Of a stretch of DNA of 64,000 nucleotides, positions 52,377-64,000 are shown one piece after another. This stretch comes from Vicugna vicugna (lineage: Eukaryota), in NCBI GenBank assembly GCA_013265495.1, contig MU058844.1, positions 2,769,520 to 2,833,519 on the forward strand. Reading direction: 5' to 3'. A program made the translations under genes and the position numbers. Each line of letters opens with the position of its first letter. The stretch's first letter is position 1. Under the pieces are notes generated by a model. It did not search any database, was not told the DNA's origin, and saw only the letters and a list, made by a program, of their open reading frames with translations.

Positions 52377-52898
52377 TTTTTTATTGAGGTATAGTTGATG
52401 TACAATATTATATAAGTTTCAAGTGTACAACATAGCAATTCATAATTTTTAAAGCTTACACTCCATTTATAGTTCTTATAAAATACTGGCTATGTTCTTT
52501 GTGCTGTACAATATATCCTTTTAGCTTATTTATTTTATACATAGTAGCTTGTACCCTTGCCCCTATCTTACGCTTTCTGCCTTCCCTTTTTCCACTGGTA
52601 ACCATTAGTTTGTTTTTTCAACCTGTGAGTCTGAATCTTTTTTGTTATATTTGCTAGTTTGTTTTATTTTTTAGATTCCACATATGAGTGCTGTCATATA
52701 GTATTTGTCTTTCTTTGTCTGATTCCATCGTGTATGTGTATATATATACACCATATCTCTCTATAGATACAGATATATATCATAAAACCACTAATTCAAA
52801 AAGATCCATGTACCCCAATGTTCATAGCAGCAATAATTACAATAGCCAAGATATGGAAACAACCTAAGTGTCCATCAACAGATAAATGGGTAGAAAAG
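52377..52898 (-). mobile_element. L1 3' end with 5' inversion
   Basis: Antisense 3' UTR at 52377-~52760, then sense-orientation ORF2 'accccaatgttcatagcagc...aacctaagtgtccatcaacaga' at ~52785-52898. TSD AAATT(A/C)TCTGTA at 52365-52376 and 52899-52910. Confidence 0.85.
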
Positions 52899-53562
52899 AA
52901 ATTCTCTGTAATTTAAAACAATACCTTCTTCCCACAAATGTGAATAACTTAGAAGTGTACTTTGGGATCCAAATGATTCCCATGGTCTAAATATCTAAAT
53001 GTCTTACTTTTGATGTATGAATATACTTAGCTTTATGATAGAATTAAATTTTCTATGAGATGCAATTTTCCATGGCCATCCTATCATCTTCAGACAAGAT
53101 ATTAATTTCCTTACCTCTTTGTTGGCACTAAGTACTATAAACAAATAAAACATGAAATAAAATGCTAAAAATACATTGAAGACATTGATTTCTGTTCATT
53201 CTCTAACTTGTTAGTTTAAATATTGAGGGCAGTATATTGACACATGTGCTTGATTTCCATGAAGTTCAGCCTTCTAAGACCTGACTTTAGACATAATCAT
53301 GGAAATAAATGCTATTAAACATGACAGGCAGTATGTGTTTCTCTGGGCAGTTGCCTGATACTTTAAGGAGAACAAAGACTGCATCCTCTGGTGGTGAGTC
53401 AATAGTTTCACTTAAAGCACTACACTGAACTTCGTGTGGGAAGAACAGATTGTGTCTGATTCTTGTTTGTTCCCACAGGCTGTAGCATAGTACCTAGTAC
53501 CTTATAAGTGCTTAAAAAGTGTTGTTTTTTTTTTAAGCTGAACTAGGGTAGACTTGGGGTAG

Positions 53563-54029
53563 TTGTGGTAAGCAGAATAATGCCCATTGACCTACCCAAG
53601 ATACCTATGTCCTAACCCCTGAAGCCTATGAATAGGTTAGATAGCAGGGTGACCTCAAAATGAAGAAATTGTCCTAGATTATCTGGGAGAATCCAATTAT
53701 AATGCAGAGGTCCTTAAATAGAGATGAGGGAGACAACAGAGTCAGAATCAGAGAGACAGCGTTCTGAGAAAGAGAATGCCCTTGCTGGCTGTCAGGAAGA
53801 AAGCCTTGAGCCGAAGTGTGTGGGCAGTCTCTAAAAGCTAGAGAAAGTAAGAGAACAGATTCTCCCCTAGAAACGCTAGCAAGACACACATCCCTGCTAA
53901 CACCTTGATTTTAGCCCAGTGAGACCCATGTTGGACTTCTGATCTTCAAACTGTAAGGTAGTAAATGTGTTTTTTTAAGTCATAAAGTTTGTGATCATTT
54001 GTTACAGCAGCAATATGAAGCTAACACAT
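53563..54029 (+). mobile_element. MLT1D-like solo LTR
   Basis: 'tgtggtaagcagaataatgccc...gattctcccctagaa...caccttgattttagcccagtgagaccc...gttacagcagcaatatgaagctaacaca'. Confidence 0.85.
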
Positions 54030-54039
54030 AGGAGTGTGT

Positions 54040-54275
54040 TAAGGGGGTATATCCTTTGAGGTTAAATGACCTACATTTAAATGTTGGGTTAGCCACCTTC
54101 TATCTAGCTGAGAGTTCTCTTTGGAAGATACTCAATTTTCCAAGTTTCAGCTTTCTCGTGTGTCAGATAGGATAATTGTCCCTAATGCACAGGACTTTTT
54201 ATAAGAATTAAATAAAGCACTTAAAACAGTGCGTGACACAACTTGCTTTTTAAAATGTTTGTTATTTTTATTATT
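54040..54275 (+). mobile_element. MIR SINE
   Basis: 'ttcagctttctcgtgtgtcagataggataat...aagaattaaataaagcacttaaaacagtgcgtgacaca'. Confidence 0.65.
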
Positions 54276-55490
54276 GTTTTGTAATTATCATAAGGTTATT
54301 TAATAAAGCCAGCTATTTCACTGGCTTCATTCCACAAAGAATTTGAGAAAGCTTTCAGAAAGTATCTATAAGGGATTAATAGAAGGCAAAAATCAAAACC
54401 TAATAAAATACAAACAGTAATGTAAACATCAGGAACAAAAACCAAAACTCTTGTACTGAATGATCCCCCTAGTTGCTATGGTTTGAGTTTGTGTCTCATA
54501 GAGAGACCTGGACATAAGTAACTAGAATGCACAAAAAGTGACAAGAATCATTTAACTCTTGAACAATGTGCTATGAGAACTATGAGAACTCTCAGCTAGA
54601 TAGATCGTGGGAAAGTTTCAGGGTAGAAGAGGTAATTAGAGAGGGCTTTAGGAAATTATCAGGGTTTAAATAAGTGGAGAATGGAAAAGAAGCTTGTTTA
54701 TAACCAAGAAACAGGATAAGCAATGGGTTCTTTCCATAGAATCCATCAACAGAGTACCTTCGTGACACAGAGCTCTGCAAGCTTACCCTTTTCTAAACAA
54801 ATCTACCCACATCACACTCCATCCCACCTCTCAAATATCTTCCCAAATGTGTGCTTAGTCATTCAGACTGACTCTCATCTAAATTTCCTTTCACTCTTCC
54901 CAGCTGTATATAAATATTTCCTCAGCTACAAGGCTTCCTGTTGAGCCCTGTTTCTCATCAGGCATGCCTGCCATGAAAGATTGAATACTTGCCCACCCAA
55001 GACATCAATCAATATTGCTATATCCCTCAGCTCAGAAAAGTGGACTGCCTCAAACCTTGTAGTAAGTCCCTTCAACCATAATTCTCTAACCCTTCAACCA
55101 TAATTCTTGTAAAAGAAGTGGCAACATCTTCCCAGACTTAGCAGTTATGATAAAATATACCCCTCTCTACCTTACTAAGAACCTCTCTTAGAATATGAAA
55201 GAACAGGCTTCTGAAATCTTGATCCTTTAAAATTTTTAAAACTAACTATAATAAGCTTTGACTGAAAGGTATCTAGATTATAGCAAATGAAGTATCTGCC
55301 TTCCAGAGTGTTAGACCTTCTTCTTGGTAGTTGTGTTAAAAATAGCCTAGTTTCCAGATAATTTCAGAGTGAATATTCTGAGGTCCTATAACACATATAA
55401 TAAGAACATGTGACACATTTAAACTTATCCCCCAAATGAGCTGGAAACAGTAGGTCTTAATGTTTGTTTTACTCTTGCCAAGGAAAAAAG

Positions 55491-55492
<2 letters not shown>

Positions 55493-55536
<44 letters not shown>
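55493..55536. repeat. (AC)22 microsatellite
   Basis: Read directly from the sequence. Confidence 0.95.
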
Positions 55537-55539
<3 letters not shown>

Positions 55540-56609
55540 GAGAGTAATTTCAGATAGTCTTGGCTGAAGCATCACAATCAAGTTATACATTCAACAGATA
55601 GTTCTTGAGCAGTTACTTCAAGGGAATTGGAATCATAAAAATTAGAAAAATGAAAAACCATTCATTCTTTCTAAAAATAAATCATGAGCTCTCAATCTCA
55701 TAGTGAGATAGAACCACAAAAAATTACAGCAGACAGGTGCAAGATCACAGTCAGAAACAAACTGCGACAAGTAGGGACAAGTATGACCATTGGAGTAAGG
55801 TAACTGAGGCACTGGGAAACAAATTTTTGTTTTTTAGAAGAAGTAATAATTGACTATTTTTGTGGGAGGGGATGTTTTAGCCCTTTATATTTTCTCCTCT
55901 ACCCATAGGCAAGAAAAAACCTCATACTGCAGCTTCTGTCTTCCTTTACCCATGTCTTGGCAACTTTTTAAAGGAAGGGGCTATTAACCTTATTAGTCAA
56001 GTCCCAGAATATTCACTGGAGCTTACTTTCTAGGGGGGGCAGTTTCTGAGCTGTAAAAGGCATAAGGCCATGCTCATAGCTTACTCTTTCTTCCATGTCC
56101 TTCCTTTTACTTTCTGCTCCTGTAAGATAAGCATGGGGACATGACCACTCTCATCCAGACAGCTACTCTGATACTTCGGATAGCCTTGATTCCAGAAATG
56201 GAGTAAGAAGCCCCTTTTATTCTAGACTTAAATTTTGTGCTATGTCACAACTCATCAGCAATGATGGACAGTGGAACAATAGAGGGTACTTCCCCAGAAA
56301 TCAAAATAATCATATTTCCTCATTTGGCTACAATTCCTTGCTCTCTTACTTTCTAATAGGGAATTTCAAGGAGGAGGATGAGTGAGTGTTTGGATTCAGG
56401 GATGAGAACCACCCAACTCCATTGTCAAAAACAGCTTGAGCTGAGGCTTAAATGATAAGTAGGATTTTCTAAGCAAGAGGTAGGAGGTGGGGGTGGGAGG
56501 TAGCTGGAACAGGCAGCATAAGGAGAGGATTTGAGAACAGAGCAAACAGCATTAGTAAAATTGTGAAATAACTTAGGCAGAGTACGTGGAGAAGAGTAAA
56601 AGAAGCATT

Positions 56610-56712
56610 ATGCTGTACACCAGAAACTGACACAACATTGTAAATCGACTATACTTCAATAAAAATAAATATATACAAAAAATGTATGCCATCAAAAATC
56701 ATTTTAAAAAAA
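56610..56712 (+). mobile_element. Very short young L1 3'-terminal fragment inside an L2 remnant
   Basis: 'cattatgctgtacaccagaaactgacacaacattgtaaatcgactatacttcaataaaaataaat...' followed by extra sequence and an A run. Confidence 0.85.
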
Positions 56713-56943
56713 AGATGGTATGGCTGGATGGGGCTGGGTGCAGGTCAATAAAAATCTGGTCATGCTAATATGTTTGGATCTTATCCTACAGGCTATAGGA
56801 AGCAAGTGAAGGGATTTAAACCAAAGAATAGCATAATAAACTAGTCTCTTAAAAAAGTGTCTTTGACAGTTGTATGGATAATCAATAGGAAAAAAATTAG
56901 AACAGCTAGGAGATAATTGTGATCACCGAGGTGAGAGTATTAG

Positions 56944-57287
56944 TGCGATGGACTGAATGTTTGTGTCCTCCCAGAATTCATATGTTCGAGCCCCTATGTC
57001 CAATGTGATGATATTTGGAGGTGGGATCTTTGGGAGGTAATTAAGTCATGAGGATGGAACCTTCATGAATGGAATTCGCCCTTATTAAAAGAGGCATGAG
57101 AAAGATGTTCTGTCTCTGCCCTGTGAGGACACAGCAAGAAGGTAACTGTCTGCAAGCTAGGAAGAAAGTTCTCATTAGGAACCTGATCTTGGACTTTCCA
57201 GCCTCCAGAAGCGTAAGAAATACATTTCTATTGTTTAAGCCACCCAGTCTATGATATTTGTTACAGCAACCTGAGCAGACTAAGACA
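56944..57287 (+). mobile_element. MLT1A-like solo LTR
   Basis: 'tgcgatggactgaatgtttgtgtcctcccagaattcatatgtt...tcttggactttccagcctccagaa...gcagactaagaca'. Confidence 0.88.
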
Positions 57288-58066
57288 AGTGGCAAAAGAG
57301 AGAAGAATGAAATTGAGTATCTGACATGTGAAAAATACCACAGATCTATGCACTTCATATCCAATCACTTTTTATTCCTCAAAATAACTCCATGAGGACA
57401 AAATCACTCTCTTACTTTGCCATAAAATAAGACAGCCAGGATTAGAACCCATATCTGCCTCATTTCAATTCTTACTCTCTTTTCACACTGAACTGTTTTC
57501 ATGTCAGAGGGAATGAGAAAATAATATCGGCAAAAAAGAAACTAGAAGGTCAAAAATGGAAAAACAAATGCAGTGGAGAGAAGATGAGGGAGGAGCCATT
57601 TGATTTGTGATTGAGACAAGAAGTGAATGCAGGTTCTCATGGAAAGACCAAGTGGAGATGCCCAATGAAGCTGGATGTAGTGACCCTTACTGGTGTCCAC
57701 ATCACACGGAATAACATTGCCCAAGAAAAGCAGGTAGAATGAGAAGAAAATAAGATTGAGAATTATGTCACGGTCCACTCAGGAGACAGAAACCACACTA
57801 CTTGTTTTGTTTGTTTGTTTTGTGTTTTTGTTGTTACTGTTTTTTTTAAGAGGGAAGTTAATGTAAAGATTCTTAAATTAATATGGAAGAACTGAAAATG
57901 TCAAAATGGAACACTGTGGTATTACAGTACTGTGGAGTTAGCAAAAGCACAAATAGCTCCCAGCCGTGGAGCTGGGAGAACAGGAGACGTTGCAGGGATT
58001 ATTAAAATTTAGAAGCTTAAAGAAGGGGTCCTGAGGAACTGCTTCTCAGACCTCTGAGGAGGGGTG

Positions 58067-58372
58067 TGTTGGGTGTCCCCAAGACTACCCTCACCCTCCA
58101 TGATTCACTAGGAGAACGTATAGGACTCAGAAAAGCTGTTATACTCAGAGTCAAAGTTTATTAAAGCAGAATGATACAGATTAAAATTGATAAAGGGAAA
58201 AGATGCATGGGGAGAAATCCCTGAAAATCCAGGTACAAATTTTCAGGTATCCTCTCTGTGTAGAGTCACACAGATGCATTTAATTCTCTCAGCAATGGTA
58301 TTTAACATCTGTCAGGTGTTGACAACCAGAGAAGCTCACCCCACTTTGGGGTTATTTGTTATTAGGAGTCTT
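58067..58372 (-). mobile_element. MER21-like LTR fragment nested in an older LTR (~57765-58065, resuming ~60580-60690 and ~61375-61640)
   Basis: 'tgttgggtgtccccaagactaccc...atgattcactagg...ggactcagaaaagctgttatactc...tttatt...aaagggaaaagatgcatgggg'. Confidence 0.7.
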
Positions 58373-58374
58373 TA

Positions 58375-60520
58375 ATAGCTTTTGAGTTATGCCCCCTAAA
58401 AAGTATGTTCAAGTCCTAACCCTTGGTACTTGTGAATGTAGCCTTATTTGGAAGTAAGGTCCTTGCAATTAATTAAGGTCCAATGTAATTAAGACCCTCA
58501 AGATAATACCATATTGTATTTAGGATAGGCCCTAAATCCAATGACAGATGTCATTACAAGAGGAGTGGGCACAGAGACACAGCGAAGAAGGCCATGTGAA
58601 GACAGGGGCACAGATTAGAGTTATGAGACCACAAGCTAAGGAATGCCAGGAACCACTGGAAGCTGAAAGAGTTGAGGAAGGATTCTTCCCTCAAGCCTTT
58701 GAAGGGAGCATGGTCCTGCCAGTGTCTTGATTTCAGATTTCTGGCCTCTGTAGTTGTAAGACAATCAATTTCTCTTGTTTTAAGCCACCCAATTTGTGGT
58801 AATTTTTTTCAACAACCTGAGAAAGCTACTACAGATTTTGGTACCAAGAAGTGAGGTGCTGTTATAACAAGTACCTACAAATGTGGAAGTGTCTTTGGGA
58901 TATGGTAATGGGTAAAGGTTGGAAGAATTTTGAGGTACATGATTTTAAAAGGCTACATTGCTTTAAAAAGAAAGTTGGTGGAATGACATTCTCCGGGAAC
59001 ATCCACGTTGCCGCAAATGGTGTTACGTTGTCGATTTTTATGGCTGAATAGTATTCCATTGTATAAATATACCACATCTTCTTTATCCAGTCATCTGTTG
59101 ATGGACATTTAGGCTGTTTCCATGTCTTGGCTATTGTAAATAGTGCTGCTATGAACATTGGGGTGCAGCTGTCATTTTGAAGTAGGGTTCCTTCTGGATA
59201 TATGCCCAGGAGCGGTATTCCTGGATCATATGGTAAGTCTATCCCTAGTCTTTTGAGGAATCTCCATACTGTTTTCCACAGTGGCTTTAGTGAAATAAGC
59301 CATAAAGAGAAAGAAAAATACCATATGAGATCGCTCATATGAGGAATCTAAACAAAACAAAACAAAACATAAATACAAAACAGAAACAGACTCATAGACA
59401 TAGAATACAAACTTGTGGTTGCCAAGTGGGCAGGGGGTGGGAAGGGACAGACTGGGATTTTAAAATTCAGAATAGATAAACAAAACAATTCTGTATAGCA
59501 CAAGGAAATATATACAAGATCTTGTGGTAGCTCACAGCGAAAAAAAAATGTGACAATGAATATGTATATGTTCATGTATAACTGAAAAATTGTGCTCTGC
59601 ACTAGAATATGACACAACATTGTAAAATGACTATTACTCAATAAAAAAAATGTAAAAGAAATAAAGTTTGGGGTTGGATAATCACTAAAAAAAAGAAAGT
59701 TGGTGGAAATATGTATATTAAAGGTGATTCTGGTGAGTGTTCAGGAAGAAGTGAGAAGCATACAAAGCTTTTATCATGTTTAAGAATACATATACGGTCA
59801 TGAACATAATATTGCTGGAAATATGAACATTAGAGCTGTTTCTGGTGCGATCTTAGAAGGAAATGAAGAGCATGGTATTCAAACCTGGAGGAAAGGTGAT
59901 CCTTGTTACAAAGTGGCAGAAAATGTAGCTGAGTTGCGTTCTGCTGTTGTATAGAAAACAGAATTGATAAACAATGAACTTGGGTATTTAGCTGAGTAAA
60001 TTTCCAAAGTGTTGAAGACACAGCCCTATTTCTCCCTGCTGCTCTTAGCAAAAAGCAAGAGGAAAAAAAAAAAATTGAAGAAGGAACTTCTAAGCAAAAA
60101 GGAACCAGCACTTGATGATTTGGAAAATTCTCAGCCATTCCAGTTTGCGAAAGATGCTAAAGTGTGCTCTAGAGACAGGTCTGAGGGTATAGCTGGGCAT
60201 ACGTCTACTAAGGAGATTAGGTATGGGACTCAAGGATCCAATCAAACAATGAGCAGAGGCCCAATGCAGAGACAGACTTATTCAGGAAAGATCTGTGGAG
60301 GACCCTCTTGTTTCATGGTGTAGTTATCCTGACACATGTGGGAGAGCCATGGGTTTTGAGAATGCCATATCACCAAAACCACTTTCAGCTTGGAATGAAG
60401 GGGACAGAGACAAGGTAAAATGAAGAAATGCTGTTATATCTCTGGAATTCTACAGGGGAAAGAGATAATCCTCCTTGGCTACAAGTGTGATATCCTTCAA
60501 GAAAACAGAAGAATGACTTA
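58375..60520 (+). mobile_element. MLT1B-like LTR (58375-58833) plus MaLR internal region, interrupted by a young L1
   Basis: The LTR ends 'aaagctactaca', then 'gattttggtaccaagaagtg...aatgtggaagtg...' and later 'tggaggaaaggtgatccttgttacaaagtggcaga', typical of MLT1-int. Confidence 0.82.
58984..59689 (+). mobile_element. Young L1 insertion, 5'-inverted, long TSD
   Basis: 58984-59286 is inverted ORF2 C-terminus (PLWKTVWRFLKRL...[23 protein letters not shown]...YYSAIK). From 59287 onward it is sense ORF2 end and 3' UTR. TSD AAAAAGAAAGTTGGTGGAA at 58965-58983 and 59690-59708. Confidence 0.95.
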
Positions 60521-60698
60521 AAGGGCAGAGCCACCCTTGGTGAAGGGGCTGCCAAGGGACCAGAGAGCAGAGTTAACCCTTTCCTGCACAAGGGGGCACT
60601 GCTTGGTTACTGCTAGTGTCTTGAACTCAAAGAAAAGTTCTAGATCTCTGGGGAGAGGGTAACAACCAGTTGGTGTTAGGATCCCAAAAGGATAGATA

Positions 60699-60758
60699 GA
60701 TATAGATATAGATATAGATATAGATATAGATATAGATATAGATATAGATATAGATATA
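60699..60758. repeat. (GATATA)10 microsatellite
   Basis: Read directly from the sequence. Confidence 0.92.
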
Positions 60759-60759
60759 A

Positions 60760-61351
60760 TTATATTAGCTTCTACTGCTGTGTATCAAATTACTGCAAAA
60801 TGAGCAGCTTAAACCAGCACCCATATATTAGCTTACCGTTCTGTAAGTTCGAAGTATCTGATCAGAAGGCTGCAACTGAGGTGTTGGCCAGTGGTACTAT
60901 CTCTTCTAAGGCTCAGGGTTGCCTTTCAAGTTCACTGGTTGCTGTCAGAATTCAGTTTCCTGCAGTCCTAGGATGGAGGTGCCTGTTTCCTTGCAAGCTA
61001 TCAACTGGGAGCCATTCTCAGTTCCTAGGAACTGCCTTCATTCTTTACCATTCTTTTCTTCATCTTCAAAGCCATCAATAGAGAATCACCCTTGAATTAA
61101 ATCCTTCTTAAGCATCTGATATTTCATGCCAGGAAGGACCATGCCATGCTTTTAAAGGTTCATCTGATTAAGCCAGGCCCACTAACAACATTCTCTCTTT
61201 TTTAAAGACAGTTGGTTTGGGATCTTAATTACTTTTGCAGAATACCTTCACAGTGGTACCTAGGTTAGTATTTGCTTGAATAACTGGGAGAAAGTATGTG
61301 TACTTCAGGGGCTGGGAATTTAGGGACCAACTTACAATTCTGCCAACCACA
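60760..61351 (-). mobile_element. MLT1E-like solo LTR
   Basis: 'ctgctgtgtatcaaattactgcaaaatgagcagcttaaac...gaattcagttccttgcag...gatcttaattac...attctgccaaccaca'. Confidence 0.8.
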
Positions 61352-62799
61352 CTGAAAGTTTTAGAGTAAGTGCCAACTGCTGCTACTGAGGAAACTACCA
61401 CTGCTAAGTGAAGGTGTATTGCTGGGAGACCCTAGGAAGAACAAGAAAACAGGAAGTAAACAGCAACAAGAAGCAAATAGAGGAATAAAATAGCAAGAAG
61501 CAAGTCCCTTCTCCTCACACTGGCCTTCCAGTTTTCCCTAGTGCCACCTCCTAGCAGAGCGGAAATATGCCTTGCAAAGTCCTGACCCCAACAGGGTATA
61601 TATAATAGGGTTTGAAGCTGAGAGGCTGTAGTTTAATAGAGGTCCCAGATGGTACTCCTGGGCACATCAGCATTATTGGCCAGGTTGGAGAAGGGATGCA
61701 GGTCAGGGAGGGCAGGATGCACGTAGCCAGATGGGTGTAGAGAAAGAGTTCACAGCAGTGTCAAAGGAACATCCAGAGAGCTAGAACAAAAGCCAAGATG
61801 ATTGGGGAGATCATTATTCCCCTAACATAGCCAGGAAATTCTGTTGATCTAGATGTATTTTAACTATTTTTTTCTATTGCTGTAATGATCCAAAGTAACC
61901 CTAATTATCATATAAAAATGGAAATAAATTGGAACACTTTCCTTAGATTTCCCATATGACTTCAAGGTAGAAGGATAATGTGTTTGTTTATGTTTCTGTG
62001 TAAGAGATTCAAATGAGATGGATGTCCTCTGAGTGATCTGTACAAAACTAAAAGGGAATATAAAAAGTTGTGACAGAGATTAAAAGCCACCAGAAGCAGA
62101 AAGAAATGTTCATTCCCAAATTCATTAGGAGGTAATGGAGCACGCTTTTTTGGAGGATGACAAATTGCCTTTAATTTTGTTATTTTATACAACAATTTAA
62201 GGCAATAGTTTTTGAAGTTCAGACAAATTGTGATTTACAGAGGTTAATATAATTCCAAAAAAAAAAAAAAGATCAAAGCAGACAGAGAAGATATGAGAAG
62301 GAAATTGAGAGACATGGGATGATATCTAGGGAAGAGCATCATCATGTAACACTTCTCCTTGTTCATTAAAAAAAAATTATATGCTTAAATATCCTGTAAT
62401 AAAAGCACAAAACTGAAAAAAAAGCTGTGCAGAGCCTATTTTTATTTCTAGAAATTTAAGTTTAAAATGTGCACACGATGGTGTCACATTTATCTGGAGT
62501 TTAACAAATTCCTATTTTCTAGAAATTAGGACATATGCAAGTAGAAACTCATAAATTTATATCCACTTAATCCTCTTCTGAATTGAAGAAGAGGTAAGTT
62601 TTTAAGGTAACAATGTGATCTCTGATTATTTAATCTGTCCTGTCAGAGACAAGTGTTGTAGGGCTTAAAACCCACCATTAGATGACTGATTGGAAAGAAA
62701 ACTGTCAGAAGAAAAGTCAACAGTAAAGCCAGCAACAGATTAATAAATAATGTGATTAACTTCCTAGATTTCTCATGAAGACTGTTAGAATTAAGAAAT

Positions 62800-63290
62800 T
62801 AAAGAGTCTCATACTGCTTCTTTGATCTGGCCCCCACCCCTACATCATTGCCTGCTCCTTTTCCCAGCAGGAGTTGATGCCAGCCAGAGTAGCTTCTCTG
62901 TTCTTTCCAAATATACCTAGCAGGCTCCTGCCTCAGGGCCTTTGCCTCTGCTGTTAAGATGCCTGGCGTACTCCCTAAATCCAGAGCTCTATGTAAATGT
63001 CACTTCTACACATAGTACTTACTTGATAATTCTGTATGAAATACTCACTCCACTTCTATGCCCATCCCATCTTTCTTTATTGCTTCACCTGCTTTATTTT
63101 TCTTCCTATCGATATTCAATACCCAAGCCATAGCATGGGTTTGTTTATTCATCTGTCTTTCTCTTCACTCTAAAATGAAAGATCTAAGAGAGTAGGAACT
63201 TACTCTGTTTAGTTTATTGTTGTGTCCCTAGAACCTAAAACCATGCTTGACCCTGAAAAATCTCTCGGTAAATATCTGTTGATCTCATCA
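62800..63290 (+). mobile_element. L2 3' fragment
   Basis: 'ctcctgcctcagggcctttgc...gatgcctgg...taaaatgaaagatctaagagagtagg...tgtgtccctagaacctaaaaccatgcttg...ggtaaatatctgttg'. Confidence 0.78.
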
Positions 63291-63359
63291 TTATTTTGGT
63301 CTGTTGCAGTCTGTATTTCCCCAGGACTAAATTTAGTATCTTGATGATCATAGCATGAA

Positions 63360-63575
63360 TAGCCCACACTTATTAATGTCTTGCTGTGGATGAAGCACTG
63401 AGTGAAGCACTTCACAAATATCTCAGTCCCTACAGGCCCATGAAGCAAGTATTAGCATCCCCATTGTATAGGTAAGGAAACAAAGCCAGAGAGATGGATA
63501 CACTTGGCCAAGTTCACTCTAGCTTGCACAGAACTAAGCCAGGATCTCAGCCCAGTTCTGGCTTATTCTCACCAC
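63360..63575 (-). mobile_element. MIR SINE
   Basis: 'atccccattgtataggtaaggaaacaaagccagagag...acttggccaagttcac'. Confidence 0.72.
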
Positions 63576-64000
63576 TTCTTTGGGTACTCTTACAGCTGAA
63601 ATGAATTCTATAAAATAATTACCTATTCACTGATTTCCGTGTTTCTTTGAGGCTGTATCCTTTCCCACAGGTCTAACTGATATGCTCTCTTTGTACCTTT
63701 CTTTCCCTCGGGGCTTTTGCTAGTCCATATGGTACCTTTGTGTGATTTGAAAGGAGCACCCTTTAAGTGCACTAATTAGAGAGAGATGTTTCCAGTGGCA
63801 GTCCAGTCATAAGAGCAGAAAATGCCTTTGTGCAAAGAAAAAATTCCCCGTTTCTCCTGGGTGTCCCAGCCCCTTTCCAAGAAATATGGTTTGTTTAGTG
63901 GCACGTGAGTTGGATTTCAGCAGCCATTTGACTCTAGGACTGGTGCCCGTTTCCCCAGCACAGCTGCACAACTTCCATCATCTTCTTGTACATTTCCCCC

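Noticed and set aside
58862..59338. 158-aa ORF
   Set aside because: A chimera of inverted L1 ORF2 C-terminus with flanking L1 and MLT1 sequence. Not a gene.
63655..63860. Acceptor TTTCCCACAG (63670) and NF-kB-like AAAATTCCCC near the window end
   Set aside because: Isolated short motifs with no exon partner or ORF visible inside the window.

Overview
This is AT-rich, repeat-dense mammalian non-coding DNA, most likely from a camelid (alpaca or camel), based on two tRNA-derived Vic-1-type SINEs and the style of the young L1 3' ends. I found no intact protein-coding gene, RNA gene or prokaryotic-type system. All recognisable ORFs are transposon remnants. The centrepiece is a degraded ~6.2 kb class I (ERV1/gamma-like) provirus at 23209-29427. 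It has two LTRs, a 4-bp ATAC target-site duplication (TSD), no recognisable gag or RT, an integrase C-terminal remnant and a disrupted env. The element is old, with roughly a quarter of LTR positions differing by eye. Even so, its 5' LTR and leader form the only CpG island in the window, while the 3' LTR has no CpG at all. That suggests an exapted, germline-unmethylated promoter. Plausible splice sites link it to downstream exons at ~32.16-32.4 kb, giving a candidate ERV-driven lncRNA or 44-aa micropeptide transcript (inference only). The rest is L1 (including two 5'-inverted copies, one with a likely 3' transduction), L2, MIR, MLT/ERVL LTRs, hAT-Charlie remnants, microsatellites and a 120-N assembly gap. 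Repeat family names come from recalled consensus patterns, not a database search, and boundaries of old repeats are approximate.
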